NCBI GenBank assembly: GCA_020059045.1
Contig: JAGVCW010000018.1
Span: forward strand, 91,320-152,681
Length of the DNA: 61,362 bases
Reading direction: 5' to 3'
Source of the DNA: Minisyncoccota bacterium
GTDB taxonomy: Bacteria; Patescibacteriota; Minisyncoccia; Phycocordibacterales; Zambryskibacteraceae
Part shown: in pieces, positions 8,708 through 16,927 of the stretch
Numbering within the stretch: position 1 is the stretch's first letter
Layout: each line of letters opens with the position of its first letter
Notes under the pieces: generated by a model
The model's input: only the letters and a program-made list of their open reading frames with translations
Told to the model about the DNA's origin: nothing
Database searches by the model: none
Translations under genes and position numbers: made by a program

Positions 8708-8991
8708 ACTGCGCCCGCAGCTGCTTCACCAGGACTTAAATGTGGCCAGGCTAATTCCTTGTTATCGATTCTTTGATTCAGGTCAGCGCGTAACTCATCT
8801 GGGATTTCCAGTTGTGCTACCCATCGTCGTAGTAATCTTGTTTTCTCTCGATCAGCCACAGTCCCATGATCACCAGTAAAGAGCAGGCCAAACTCAACTG
8901 CGACTTTCACAGGGATGTCTCCCCAATTTCCATCATACGGGTACATGCTCACAATTTCCCCATTGTAGAAGGTTAGGTTCTCAATCCACAA
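8704..8991 (-). CDS. hypothetical protein (95 aa)
   Basis: ORF translationally coupled to 8525-8707. No recognisable domain. Confidence 0.55.
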   Translation of the reverse strand: MWIENLTFYNGEIVSMYPYDGNWGDIPVKVAVEFGLLFTGDHGTVADREKTRLLRRWVAQLEIPDELRADLNQRIDNKELAWPHLSPGEAAAGAV

Positions 8992-9073
8992 TATATTTAT
9001 CCATTTGTTACGTCAAGCTATTTTTCAAATAATTTCCAATAAAAAAACCACCATCATTCGACAGTGGCCAATT

Positions 9074-9388
9074 CTAACTGGATACAGACTTTGTCTCTCT
9101 CATAACGTTAACTGCGGTGACAATCAAATTCGCAGTTGAATAATCACTTGTTTCAACAACCAAGTCCCAGAAACGATCAAGAACTGCATAATTTCTTGCG
9201 CCCATGCCACGCTCTTCAACGCCAATTTTCCACGGCCCGGGTAGTGGTTCAAAGAAGCCCTTGCGCGTCAGGGATGCTATCTTCTCGTCGTCTGTTCCAC
9301 TCTCAAGTGCCAGTGCATCCAAGATACTTGGGCGCTTAATATCTCGATAAGATTTCGGAGCCTTCTTCCTAACTGTACTCTTTTTCAA
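9074..9388 (-). CDS. hypothetical protein (104 aa, TTG start)
   Basis: An AAAGGAG RBS lies 4 nt before the TTG. A TTGACA-17-TACAAT promoter is upstream. A terminator hairpin plus T7 lies at about 9040-9070. Confidence 0.6.
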   Translation of the reverse strand: MKKSTVRKKAPKSYRDIKRPSILDALALESGTDDEKIASLTRKGFFEPLPGPWKIGVEERGMGARNYAVLDRFWDLVVETSDYSTANLIVTAVNVMRETKSVSS

Positions 9389-9456
9389 GGTGCTCCTTTG
9401 TTTGATGTCTGTAATTATTGTAGATCAACTTTCCATTTGTGTCAATGATTCGTAAT

Positions 9457-9501
9457 GGTTCAATAGCTTGGAATCACTTAGGTGGTTTAAGCTATTGAAC
9501 C
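9457..9501. repeat. 13-bp perfect inverted repeat (GGTTCAATAGCTT / AAGCTATTGAACC, 19-nt loop)
   Basis: Read directly. It lies between the divergent promoters of 9074-9388(-) and 9571-9744(+). Confidence 0.8.
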
Positions 9502-9513
9502 TATACGGCTATA

Positions 9514-9542
9514 TTGACGTTTTTACATAATTATATTATAGT
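9514..9542 (+). promoter_or_regulatory. sigma-70-type promoter (TTGACG-17-TATAGT)
   Basis: Hexamers at 9514-9519 and 9537-9542, upstream of the ATG at 9571. Confidence 0.5.
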
Positions 9543-9570
9543 CGTCGTAACATCAAAAGAGAGGTGCTTT

Positions 9571-9744
9571 ATGCTCGTTCAAATCAAAATCTTTCAAAAA
9601 TCTGATGCCGTCAAGTTGCAAGAAAGAGTAAACAAATGGTTGAAGAATTCCTCTAATTCTGGATCATTTATGGTTCGTCAATTAGTTCAAACTCAATCAT
9701 TCGGACGTTTAACTATCACTATTCTCTACTCGCAACAACCTTAG
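9571..9744 (+). CDS. small protein (57 aa), possibly Cse60-like
   Basis: The internal ATG is preceded by AGAGAGG. MLVQIKIFQKSDAVKLQERVNKWL...TITILY loosely recalls the Cse60 family pattern. The ORF-track start at 9514 would lie inside the promoter. Confidence 0.5.
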   Translation: MLVQIKIFQKSDAVKLQERVNKWLKNSSNSGSFMVRQLVQTQSFGRLTITILYSQQP

Positions 9745-9899
9745 CACACACCGTAACTGAAACATGTCACGGTTTTTTATATTCTAAACTCTACGACATC
9801 TCCCAATTTTGCCCATGGTACTACATGGCCGCAAAACTGAGGATCCCGAGCAGTACCAGTCGAGGAATAACAATCATCCTTTTATGATTTAAAACATTG

Positions 9900-10913
9900 C
9901 TATATTTTAAATTCAATCACATCCCCATCCTGTACAACATATTCCTTCCCTTCAGTTCTTACCCAACCCCTTTCACGAGCGGCGGCATACGATCCTGCTT
10001 CTAGAAGTTTGTTCCACTCTATAACTTCAGCACGTATAAACTTTTCTCGAAAGTCTGTGTGAATTGCCATACCGGCGACAGGTGCCGTAGAATTTCTAGG
10101 TATTGTCCATCCACGCGTTTCATCCTCACCAGTTGTAAAGTATGTAATGAGATCAAGGGTCTCATAACCTTTTTTTATTAGTTCATCAAGACCAGTACCA
10201 AATACTGAATCTATCTCAAGGTACGGTCCGGGAATTTTAGAATAATCAATATTTACTTTCTCGCTTGCCGCTGAAGAGTTGAGAATATAAAGCACCGGCT
10301 TCATTGTAAGAAGGCTTAGGCCCTTTACCGAGTGAATCTCACTTTGATCAAGAAGAGCACTTCGACACTGCTCAGTGTAAACAAATTTCTCAGCTTCTAG
10401 GGCCGACTTTATTTTTTCAAGTGCAGAGTGTTCCACAACTGCAGCCTTGTCTCCAGTCTTAATGTCGCGAGCAACACTGTCCATTCTTTTATTTACCACT
10501 TGCAGATCTGCAAGAATGAGTTCTAGGTTGATAACCACAATATCTCCCAATGGATCAACTTTGTTATGTACATGAATTATATCTGGGTCCTCAAATACTC
10601 GAACCACTTCTGCTATGGCATCAACTTCGCGAATATTTGTAAGGAATGCATTCCCAAGTCCCTCTCCAGCTGAAGCACCTTTCACAAGCCCAGCAATGTC
10701 TACAAATTCCACAACTGCTGGAAGAGTTTTTGCCGACTTACTGAACTCGGAAAGTCGAGTAAGTCTAGGGTCTGGTACAGGTACAACACCGACTGATGGA
10801 TCAATAGTACAAAAGGGATAATTCTCAGCTGGCACACTCTTCTTTGTAAGCGCGTTAAACAGCGTCGATTTGCCGACATTCGGTAACCCTACGATCCCAA
10901 TTGAGAGTTTCAT
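9900..10913 (-). CDS. ychF: ribosome-binding ATPase YchF
   Basis: MKLSIGIVGLPNVGKSTLFNALT P-loop, with TGS-like and C-terminal YchF blocks. The start was moved to the ATG at 10913 (the track ORF extends upstream). Confidence 0.93.
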   Translation of the reverse strand: MKLSIGIVGLPNVGKSTLFNALTKKSVPAENYPFCTIDPSVGVVPVPDPRLTRLSEFSKSAKTLPAVVEFVDIAGLVKGASAGEGLGNAFLTNIREVDAIAEVVRVFEDPDIIHVHNKVDPLGDIVVINLELILADLQVVNKRMDSVARDIKTGDKAAVVEHSALEKIKSALEAEKFVYTEQCRSALLDQSEIHSVKGLSLLTMKPVLYILNSSAASEKVNIDYSKIPGPYLEIDSVFGTGLDELIKKGYETLDLITYFTTGEDETRGWTIPRNSTAPVAGMAIHTDFREKFIRAEVIEWNKLLEAGSYAAARERGWVRTEGKEYVVQDGDVIEFKI

Positions 10914-10947
10914 AATACTTGCGGTGTGATTGAGCTTAATATTACCA

Positions 10948-11040
10948 CTACTTGCCCCGTTCAAAATCGACCGCTTGTAGGTCGTAATTTTTCTTGGGGC
11001 AGACATTCGGTAACTCCACAATTCCAATGGATAGTTTCAT
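10948..11040 (-). other. diverged duplicate of the ychF 5' end forming a 30-codon upstream ORF
   Basis: MKLSIGIVELPNV... copies MKLSIGIVGLPNV of ychF, including about 9 nt of leader. It then runs out of homology to a TAG at 10948-10950. Confidence 0.6.
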
Positions 11041-11140
11041 AATAACTGCAATATTAGCATGGGTAACCCTATCACCACACGGCCAGTAAAAAAACTTTTT
11101 TCTTTATGTATATGATCTTCTTTTAAGATTCCGTGATCTA

Positions 11141-11169
11141 TTGACTTCGGCGATTGAAGATGCTATTGT
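11141..11169 (+). promoter_or_regulatory. sigma-70-type promoter (TTGACT-17-TATTGT)
   Basis: Hexamers at 11141-11146 and 11164-11169, upstream of the ATG at 11197. Confidence 0.45.
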
Positions 11170-11196
11170 CATAACAGAATCTCACAGGAGAGACAC

Positions 11197-11310
11197 ATGC
11201 GGAAAATGATTAAACTAGTAGGTGCGGCCATTATGGGGGTAGTGTTCCTCATTGGCTGGACCTTACTTTGTACAGGGCAAGCAATTTTTGGGAAACCACA
11301 TCGTACCTGA
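11197..11310 (+). CDS. small membrane peptide (37 aa)
   Basis: CAGGAGAG RBS. The product is MRKMIKLVGAAIMGVVFLIGWTLLCTGQAIFGKPHRT. The terminator overlaps its stop. Confidence 0.45.
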   Translation: MRKMIKLVGAAIMGVVFLIGWTLLCTGQAIFGKPHRT

Positions 11311-11322
11311 TGTGGTTTTTTT
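11294..11322. terminator. bidirectional rho-independent terminator
   Basis: Hairpin AACCACATC / GATGTGGTT with a T-run after it. It sits between the convergent small ORF and the oxidoreductase 3' fragment. Confidence 0.7.
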
Positions 11323-11455
11323 ACTTGCCCTTACCACCAAGCTTATAGACCTTGCATTTAATACGTTCCCTTCTCCACATTCCAAAATGTTTCAAGTATC
11401 CAAATTTGTAAAGTCGAATTGGCGAAAACCCGGCAAACCAGAGTATCCACATCAT
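11321..11455 (-). pseudogene. displaced 3'-end fragment (44 codons) of flavodoxin-like NAD(P)H oxidoreductase gene
   Basis: Translates to MMWILWFAGFSPIRLYKFGYLKHFGMWRRERIKCKVYKLGGKGK*. The intact gene at 17063-17644 ends ...ILWFAGFSPIRLYKFGYLKHFGIWRRERIKKKVFKLGKKAK*. Confidence 0.8.
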
Positions 11456-11480
11456 AAAAAAAGCAGAGACTTATCTCTGC
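11456..11480 (-). terminator. rho-independent terminator of the 447-aa island gene
   Basis: Minus-strand hairpin GCAGAGA-TAAG-TCTCTGC followed by T7. Confidence 0.7.
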
Positions 11481-11501
11481 GTGTTTATTCACTATATTTC
11501 G

Positions 11502-12845
11502 TTAGCCTTTAGGTAGCTGATCAATGTAGATATGTGCCTTATCTCCAAAAACTTCCTTGATTCTGGCGATGAATTTTGGACGGCGTGATCGAGTTGTATG
11601 AGCCAAACTCGATCGTAATGCCCGAGCCAGGTTGGTATCATAATAGCCGAAATCCTCTTTGACTATCTGCTTCCACTCTGCAGGCCATTTACCATTGTTC
11701 TGGCTTTTGCGCCTCAGTATCTTTACAAGCCATTCAACTTGCTCTTCGTCTGAGAAATTCTGCCACTTGCGCCTTGTTGAGCGTGACCCACCATTTGGTA
11801 AGGCCTTATCTGCAAACTGTGGCACAGAAACTTGAGGACTTGCTACTCCTATTGCACGAAAGATATCCTGATACCGACTTTGGATATCAACCAGCGCGTT
11901 GTACTCATTTTCAGCCTCACCACCAACCAGCCGTACAAGAGCTTCGAGCTTGGAGCCTGTCTGTTTTTCATCTTTCATAACTTCTCCTCTAGGTTTGGCG
12001 GCCTTAACCGCGTAAGTGAATTTGGAGGACTTTCTTACTGCAACAAACTTTGTATCCTTATCAAAAAAAAGTGGACTCTCAAGCCAGACTTTCACTAGAG
12101 AGTTGGGCACCTTCTTAGGATGGGGTTCGAAGTGGAAAAAGTATGTTCGCATTCTGACGGGATATCCGGAATATCTACTGACATACACATAACGTTCAAT
12201 GGACGTACACGTCCAATGCTTCCCAATAATTTCTGACATATCAACCAGAACACCAAACTCGCGCTTTGCACCCTTTTCTGGGTCAAAGTTCTTGATACGA
12301 GGTAAGCGCCGCTTTTCTCCCTTAGGAATTCTCTTCTGCCAAGAGACAATATGCTCAAAAACTTTTTGCGAGTGTTTACCAAAAAGTTTTATACCCCGTT
12401 CCACATATTCTGGCCAATTCTCAAGAATTGCATTCCTTCTCGAATCAGAAAGAGTTATAGCAAGTGACCGTCCCTTACTTGCATATACAAGAGGCAGAAC
12501 GGGTGAGAAGTCTTTTATTACTTGGTCAGATAGCGTTCCACATAAATCAAGATGGAAACCATCAATTGCGCCTTGATCACCGTGTCCTTCAAGAATCTTA
12601 TGAAATGTTCCTAAACGGTTATGGCTTCTGTACTTTCCGTTAGAGCCGTTGGAAATAAGTTCTTTACGCCTACTACGGTTAAGCTCAATCTGCCACCCGT
12701 GATTACCGGGAATCCCCACTTCAGCCCATACTCGAGCTTCTATGCCTTGACCTCCAAGAGTTGCAAGTTGTGCTTGGGGTAAAGGAGTGTAGTGTGAGAG
12801 AAACTCGAGAAATCTATGAGCAATTCGCTCTTTCAGAGTTTTCAT
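11502..12845 (-). CDS. island protein A (447 aa), weak Rossmann/methyltransferase-like N-terminal motifs, basic C-terminus
   Basis: CTAAGGAG RBS. The motifs LATLGGQGIE, WQIELN and IDGFHLDLCGT loosely resemble MTase motifs I, II and the D-L-D-x-x-G of Trm1-type enzymes. No confident family assignment. Confidence 0.75.
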   Translation of the reverse strand: MKTLKERIAHRFLEFLSHYTPLPQAQLATLGGQGIEARVWAEVGIPGNHGWQIELNRSRRKELISNGSNGKYRSHNRLGTFHKILEGHGDQGAIDGFHLDLCGTLSDQVIKDFSPVLPLVYASKGRSLAITLSDSRRNAILENWPEYVERGIKLFGKHSQKVFEHIVSWQKRIPKGEKRRLPRIKNFDPEKGAKREFGVLVDMSEIIGKHWTCTSIERYVYVSRYSGYPVRMRTYFFHFEPHPKKVPNSLVKVWLESPLFFDKDTKFVAVRKSSKFTYAVKAAKPRGEVMKDEKQTGSKLEALVRLVGGEAENEYNALVDIQSRYQDIFRAIGVASPQVSVPQFADKALPNGGSRSTRRKWQNFSDEEQVEWLVKILRRKSQNNGKWPAEWKQIVKEDFGYYDTNLARALRSSLAHTTRSRRPKFIARIKEVFGDKAHIYIDQLPKG

Positions 12846-12887
12846 TGCAGCTCCTTAGGAAATTAATTCAAAAAACTATCTTTGCAG

Positions 12888-12944
12888 ATTGTACTATGAA
12901 CTGGCTAGATGTCAACTTGACATTAATATTACCTGTAGTATGCT
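12888..12944. promoter_or_regulatory. back-to-back divergent promoters sharing the palindrome ATGTCAACTTGACAT
   Basis: Minus strand: TTGACA (12910-12915) with a 16-nt spacer to TACAAT (12888-12893). Plus strand: TTGACA (12917-12922) with a 16-nt spacer to TATGCT. The 15-nt palindrome is at 12909-12923. Confidence 0.5.
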
Positions 12945-12985
12945 AAAAAAAGATCAAGCATCATTTCTTTTTTCCTCAATCCTCA

Positions 12986-13624
12986 ATGTCTACTGACTCC
13001 TCGAAACACCAAAGATCGGTGGAGCTTGAACTTCGTAATGGCGAGAAAACCATAAGGGCCGCTAAGTATGCCGAAGAACAACTTATTGATGTCTTGAGTG
13101 ATTCAAGAACTCTCAGCCCAACTGGTATGACAATTGTTCAGCAAATTCTGCACTTAGTCCAAAGTATTGGTTTCGGGCAAGACAACGTCACAGTGTGGGA
13201 AAAGTTTTATGCAGTTATCGAACATGTTACCACTGTCACACCACATGCCAAGCCGAACAAACCAAGCTCTAATGACGAGATCACTCCTATTGAAGTTGAA
13301 ATTGCAAGGCGTGCAAAGATACGCTCCCAAATTGTTTCAATTCAGGAACAACTTGAGAATGAACGTGACCAGAAGCAAAGGGACTTGGAAACTGTTGCAG
13401 AACTTTTGAAACGAGGACTTGATGAGGAAGCTCAAACAAAAAGAAGATCAGTAATTGAAACAGAACTACTGCCTCTGGATGAGACGATTAAGCAAATTAT
13501 CGTAGCCGTGGCAGATAACGATCGTAAAGTTGCAGCTCTCACGGCTTACAGATCAGCAGTTCTACTTGTAAAACATGGGCCACCTGAAGGTGTGATCGGT
13601 GGAGAGTTCAAACTTCCTGTTTGA
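12986..13624 (+). CDS. island protein B (212 aa), predicted coiled-coil
   Basis: The ORF is convergent with the GHKL gene. Its C-terminal half is heptad-rich and charged. No obvious SD, so the start is uncertain. Confidence 0.6.
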   Translation: MSTDSSKHQRSVELELRNGEKTIRAAKYAEEQLIDVLSDSRTLSPTGMTIVQQILHLVQSIGFGQDNVTVWEKFYAVIEHVTTVTPHAKPNKPSSNDEITPIEVEIARRAKIRSQIVSIQEQLENERDQKQRDLETVAELLKRGLDEEAQTKRRSVIETELLPLDETIKQIIVAVADNDRKVAALTAYRSAVLLVKHGPPEGVIGGEFKLPV

Positions 13625-13636
13625 GTGAAGGAATAT

Positions 13637-13669
13637 AAAAACCCAAGCTTCTAGCTTGGGGATTTTTTT
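13637..13669. terminator. bidirectional rho-independent terminator
   Basis: Hairpin CCCAAGCT-TCT-AGCTTGGG flanked by an A-run and a T-run, between convergent genes. Confidence 0.75.
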
Positions 13670-13676
13670 GTTCACT

Positions 13677-15191
13677 TTATTTTTTCATTAGTTCCGCTCG
13701 GACCTCATTTGCAAAAAGCGTGGCTTGGTAGGAATCACCGGGAAACTTTCCCTGGCCAATTGCAAATAGGATCTGTACCAAACAATGCTCGCGCCTAGCT
13801 TCCTTTGTGCTAGGTAAGGCCTTGTATCCTCCGCGAACATTTACAATTACCTGATTTGGGTTGTTTGCTGAAACTTGAGCAAAAACAAATGGGTCAATTG
13901 ACTGCCCCCGATAAAGAACATAAGTCTCATCTCGAACCTTTATCGAGACATAGCGCTGATATGTTGCTGGCTTCCTATGACCTTTTGGATCAGCCTTGGA
14001 GCCTTCTCCTTGCTTTTGTTTTACACCTGGCTTATTGCTATCTGCAAAACCAGGAGCGACAATTTCCTCAGGTTCACCAAAAGTGGTATTCACCATCTCA
14101 ACCACTTCATCAAGAGTAGCTGCAGCATCTCCCGAGATTGCGTCTCGCTCAATTAGCTGTTTTGCTCCTTGAACTACTGACCCGATCAGAAACATCATAA
14201 GCTTGTCCCACTCCCTGTTTCCCTTCTTCATAAAGTCTTTCGCAAGGGTGTTGCGCGCAGTGTTCTGATGTCGCAAAAGTCCTGGAGCAAAGATATCGCC
14301 CTTGAGATCTGGGAACCACAGAGGATCGGGAAGCAGGCGTCCAAGCACTCTGCAGCTTGCGACACGCAGTCCAGTCCCTTCATCGCAGAGCCAAACTCCT
14401 CCACTATCTGCATCCCCTACTCCGAGTCTTGCTCTGTATAAGCCGTTCTCAGATGTCACATTCACCGCACTTTCAAGCGGCGGCGGCTCAAGCGTCTTAC
14501 TTCCAACAGTAAGTGGAAACATTTTATCTCGTTCACGCGGAAGCAGCCACTTAATTGCCTCACAAATATCATCGCAGGATGAGAAAACTGGTGTTGGAAT
14601 AACAATAGCGGTAAATGGGCCCTTAATTTTTTTCAGGTGCCCCATCTCCGTTGAATCAGATGGAATGAACCTGTCTGTTCTAAAGCCACCTTCAAGCTCA
14701 TATTTCTCAGGGATCATTGAGACAAATCGGGCGTCACCTGTAACAGAAGTTCTCGAAAGCAGGTAATAGCCGTGCTTGATTCTTTTAGTTGCAGGATTTT
14801 TGTCACTTACACAATTGGAATTAAGAGCAAGAGCCGCAAGTCTCCCTATACCCTTTTGGGATGCCCCATTAGATTGCATCTTTGTCTGCTGATTCAAATC
14901 ATGTATCGAAGTACCCAGTCGTTTAAAATAACGATCAAGCATCGGATCTGTTAGCCCACAACCGTGATCAAGTACCACAAGGGTTGGAGCTTTCCCCCCA
15001 AGAGGATGATTCGGAACTAACGAAATCTCAATATTGGCAAGCTGCGGTTCCCATCTATTCTTTGCATCGGGCATACTTGCGACAAGACCGTTTCTAACTA
15101 GTTCCATTACACATTGACCAGGACTATCATACAGACCACTTCCCAGGTTTTCGATCATCATATAGGCAGTAACATCCATGCGCGTGTTCAT
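13677..15191 (-). CDS. GHKL-superfamily (MORC/HATPase_c_3-like) ATPase, 504 aa
   Basis: The Bergerat motifs appear in order: MELVRNGLVAS (N box), VLDHGCGL (G1) and GASQKGIGRLAALAL (G2). About 350 aa at the C-terminus are unassigned. Confidence 0.8.
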   Translation of the reverse strand: MNTRMDVTAYMMIENLGSGLYDSPGQCVMELVRNGLVASMPDAKNRWEPQLANIEISLVPNHPLGGKAPTLVVLDHGCGLTDPMLDRYFKRLGTSIHDLNQQTKMQSNGASQKGIGRLAALALNSNCVSDKNPATKRIKHGYYLLSRTSVTGDARFVSMIPEKYELEGGFRTDRFIPSDSTEMGHLKKIKGPFTAIVIPTPVFSSCDDICEAIKWLLPRERDKMFPLTVGSKTLEPPPLESAVNVTSENGLYRARLGVGDADSGGVWLCDEGTGLRVASCRVLGRLLPDPLWFPDLKGDIFAPGLLRHQNTARNTLAKDFMKKGNREWDKLMMFLIGSVVQGAKQLIERDAISGDAAATLDEVVEMVNTTFGEPEEIVAPGFADSNKPGVKQKQGEGSKADPKGHRKPATYQRYVSIKVRDETYVLYRGQSIDPFVFAQVSANNPNQVIVNVRGGYKALPSTKEARREHCLVQILFAIGQGKFPGDSYQATLFANEVRAELMKK

Positions 15192-15790
15192 ACAGACCTC
15201 GGGGAGGGAGTGTTGAGTGACGACATGTCCTTACTGGTCGCCGGCCGATTGATTGAATCACTTTTGTCCGAGAATCGAGCGTTGATTCCCATTCGCTTGC
15301 TAATACGACTCATGGCCGCACGCATCTGAATTCGATCACCATCTGTGGCATCCTTTTTCTCGATAGAGGCCACGTCAATAATCACGTATAGCGAGTTAAG
15401 CAATGTGATAACGTGACCAACCATCTTGCGATTGATCTCTGAGCTGTGAACATCACTGATCGGGAGTTTCTTGATTTTCACCGTAGGTGTTACAGATCTT
15501 TCTTCATCGGTGGAGTACACCGGTGTAGAAGGATCCTTTCTGAACGCCGCCATAGACTTTATGGCTTTCCTCACCTCATCTGCAGTCATTTTGGATGGAT
15601 TTACTAGCCATCTTAGAAGCTGCTGATAGTTTTTTTCTATCGGATCCCCCATATACCGTTTGGTATAAAGGAGTGGCCGGTTCTTACCAGATAAGGTTGA
15701 GACCATTTTTCTAAGTTCTTCTACAACCTGCGTGCGATCCCGTTTGTTTCGTAGTTCAGGAGTTCCACTCCTTAACGACTTTTTGGGCAT
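15188..15790 (-). CDS. island protein D (200 aa), helical/basic, unknown function
   Basis: GAGGAG RBS. The stop overlaps the GHKL start (ATGA at 15188-15191). Confidence 0.7.
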   Translation of the reverse strand: MPKKSLRSGTPELRNKRDRTQVVEELRKMVSTLSGKNRPLLYTKRYMGDPIEKNYQQLLRWLVNPSKMTADEVRKAIKSMAAFRKDPSTPVYSTDEERSVTPTVKIKKLPISDVHSSEINRKMVGHVITLLNSLYVIIDVASIEKKDATDGDRIQMRAAMSRISKRMGINARFSDKSDSINRPATSKDMSSLNTPSPRSV

Positions 15791-15907
15791 TTTGACTCCT
15801 CAATGATTAAACTTTGAAAGACCTAACTCTTTTTACATTAAATACTGTTGTATTAAATTTGTCAAGATACAAAAAACTACGCATCTAATAAATGCGTAGC
15901 CATTAAT

Positions 15908-16855
15908 CTAGCCCAATATTTTACTTAGCGCTTCAACAGTTGCTCTTGTTTCTGCCATTGAAGCAAGGATCTCAGTCCTCTCACCTTCCAGGGAGCTAAT
16001 ACTTGTCTCCTCTGACTGAATCCTGCTTCTTGCTTCTCCGATAGCATTATCGATTACTACAAGGCGAGCCTTACTGCGATCAGAAGCCTCCAGTTTATCC
16101 GTTAGCTCCTTCAGCCTTGTTACCACTTCACTTGTGCTAATAGTATTTTTGTGCACTTGACCATTAGAAGCAGGCGAAACAGGGCTCACCGCACCTACCA
16201 AACCCGATTTACTCCTAACAAGTTGTGCCCCTTGTGTTATCCATTGAGGGGACAAGCGAAACATTTCTTGACTGCCTGATAGAGGTATGAGTCTCTTGCC
16301 ATCGGCAATAGAGCTAAAGAAGTCCTCTGGGTCGTCCGTACCTAGTTCCCTCAATACTCGGAGACAATCAGCTCTAGAGACAATATTTGTTTCTGGTGAA
16401 AGATTCCATATCTCTTGCATGATCTGAGGCCACAGTGCCGGGGTCTTGGCCGACTTACTTGTCCCATTTCCACTGTGTGCATCCTCGGATCTAGCTGACT
16501 CAGTCTGAAGTTTGGCTTTCTCAAGCCTACTATGAAAATCAACCGTATCCATACCATGAGGGACACTCATAAGTAAAATATACCTCTCAGAGTTATCACC
16601 GAAATGAGCGCTAACCTCAATCATTCTTCGACTAAGAACCGGCTTGAACCTCAGGCCCTTGGTGTGAGTAGTTCCTTTTGCAGTATCGCTTAGTTTCAAC
16701 AGCACCGGACTTGCTACCTGCCCAGCATTAGCAAGAATTTGTCCCAACTCCTTTCTCAATTCAGTTGCGGAACCAATTCTTCTCTCAAGTTCAGGCGATC
16801 CATTAATTATGAACTTCAGTGCCGGGCCATTCGCGAGCTTCCGTGTGGCGCTCAT
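15908..16855 (-). CDS. island protein E (315 aa), unknown N-domain, possible wHTH, C-terminal coiled coil
   Basis: AAAAGGAG RBS. It is the first gene of the operon. The C-terminal 80 aa are heptad-like (LKELTDKLEASDRSKARLVVIDNAIGEARSRIQ...). Confidence 0.7.
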   Translation of the reverse strand: MSATRKLANGPALKFIINGSPELERRIGSATELRKELGQILANAGQVASPVLLKLSDTAKGTTHTKGLRFKPVLSRRMIEVSAHFGDNSERYILLMSVPHGMDTVDFHSRLEKAKLQTESARSEDAHSGNGTSKSAKTPALWPQIMQEIWNLSPETNIVSRADCLRVLRELGTDDPEDFFSSIADGKRLIPLSGSQEMFRLSPQWITQGAQLVRSKSGLVGAVSPVSPASNGQVHKNTISTSEVVTRLKELTDKLEASDRSKARLVVIDNAIGEARSRIQSEETSISSLEGERTEILASMAETRATVEALSKILG

Positions 16856-16899
16856 GTTTCTCCTTTTTTGAACAAAGTGGTGAAGATCTATCTAATTAC

Positions 16900-16927
16900 A
16901 CTATACTATATAAAAATAATTTGTCCA
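16900..16927 (-). promoter_or_regulatory. promoter of island operon (TGGACA-16-TATAGT)
   Basis: Hexamers on the minus strand at 16922-16927 and 16900-16905, about 45 nt upstream of the ATG at 16855. Confidence 0.5.

Noticed and set aside
11502-12845. Tyrosine-recombinase assignment for the 447-aa island protein, based on C-terminal LAHTTRSRR...AHIY (H-x-x-R ... Y)
   Set aside because: The spacing is too short, and the upstream Arg/Lys catalytic residues and core-binding domain are not recognisable. It is probably coincidence. It is kept only as a hypothesis to test.
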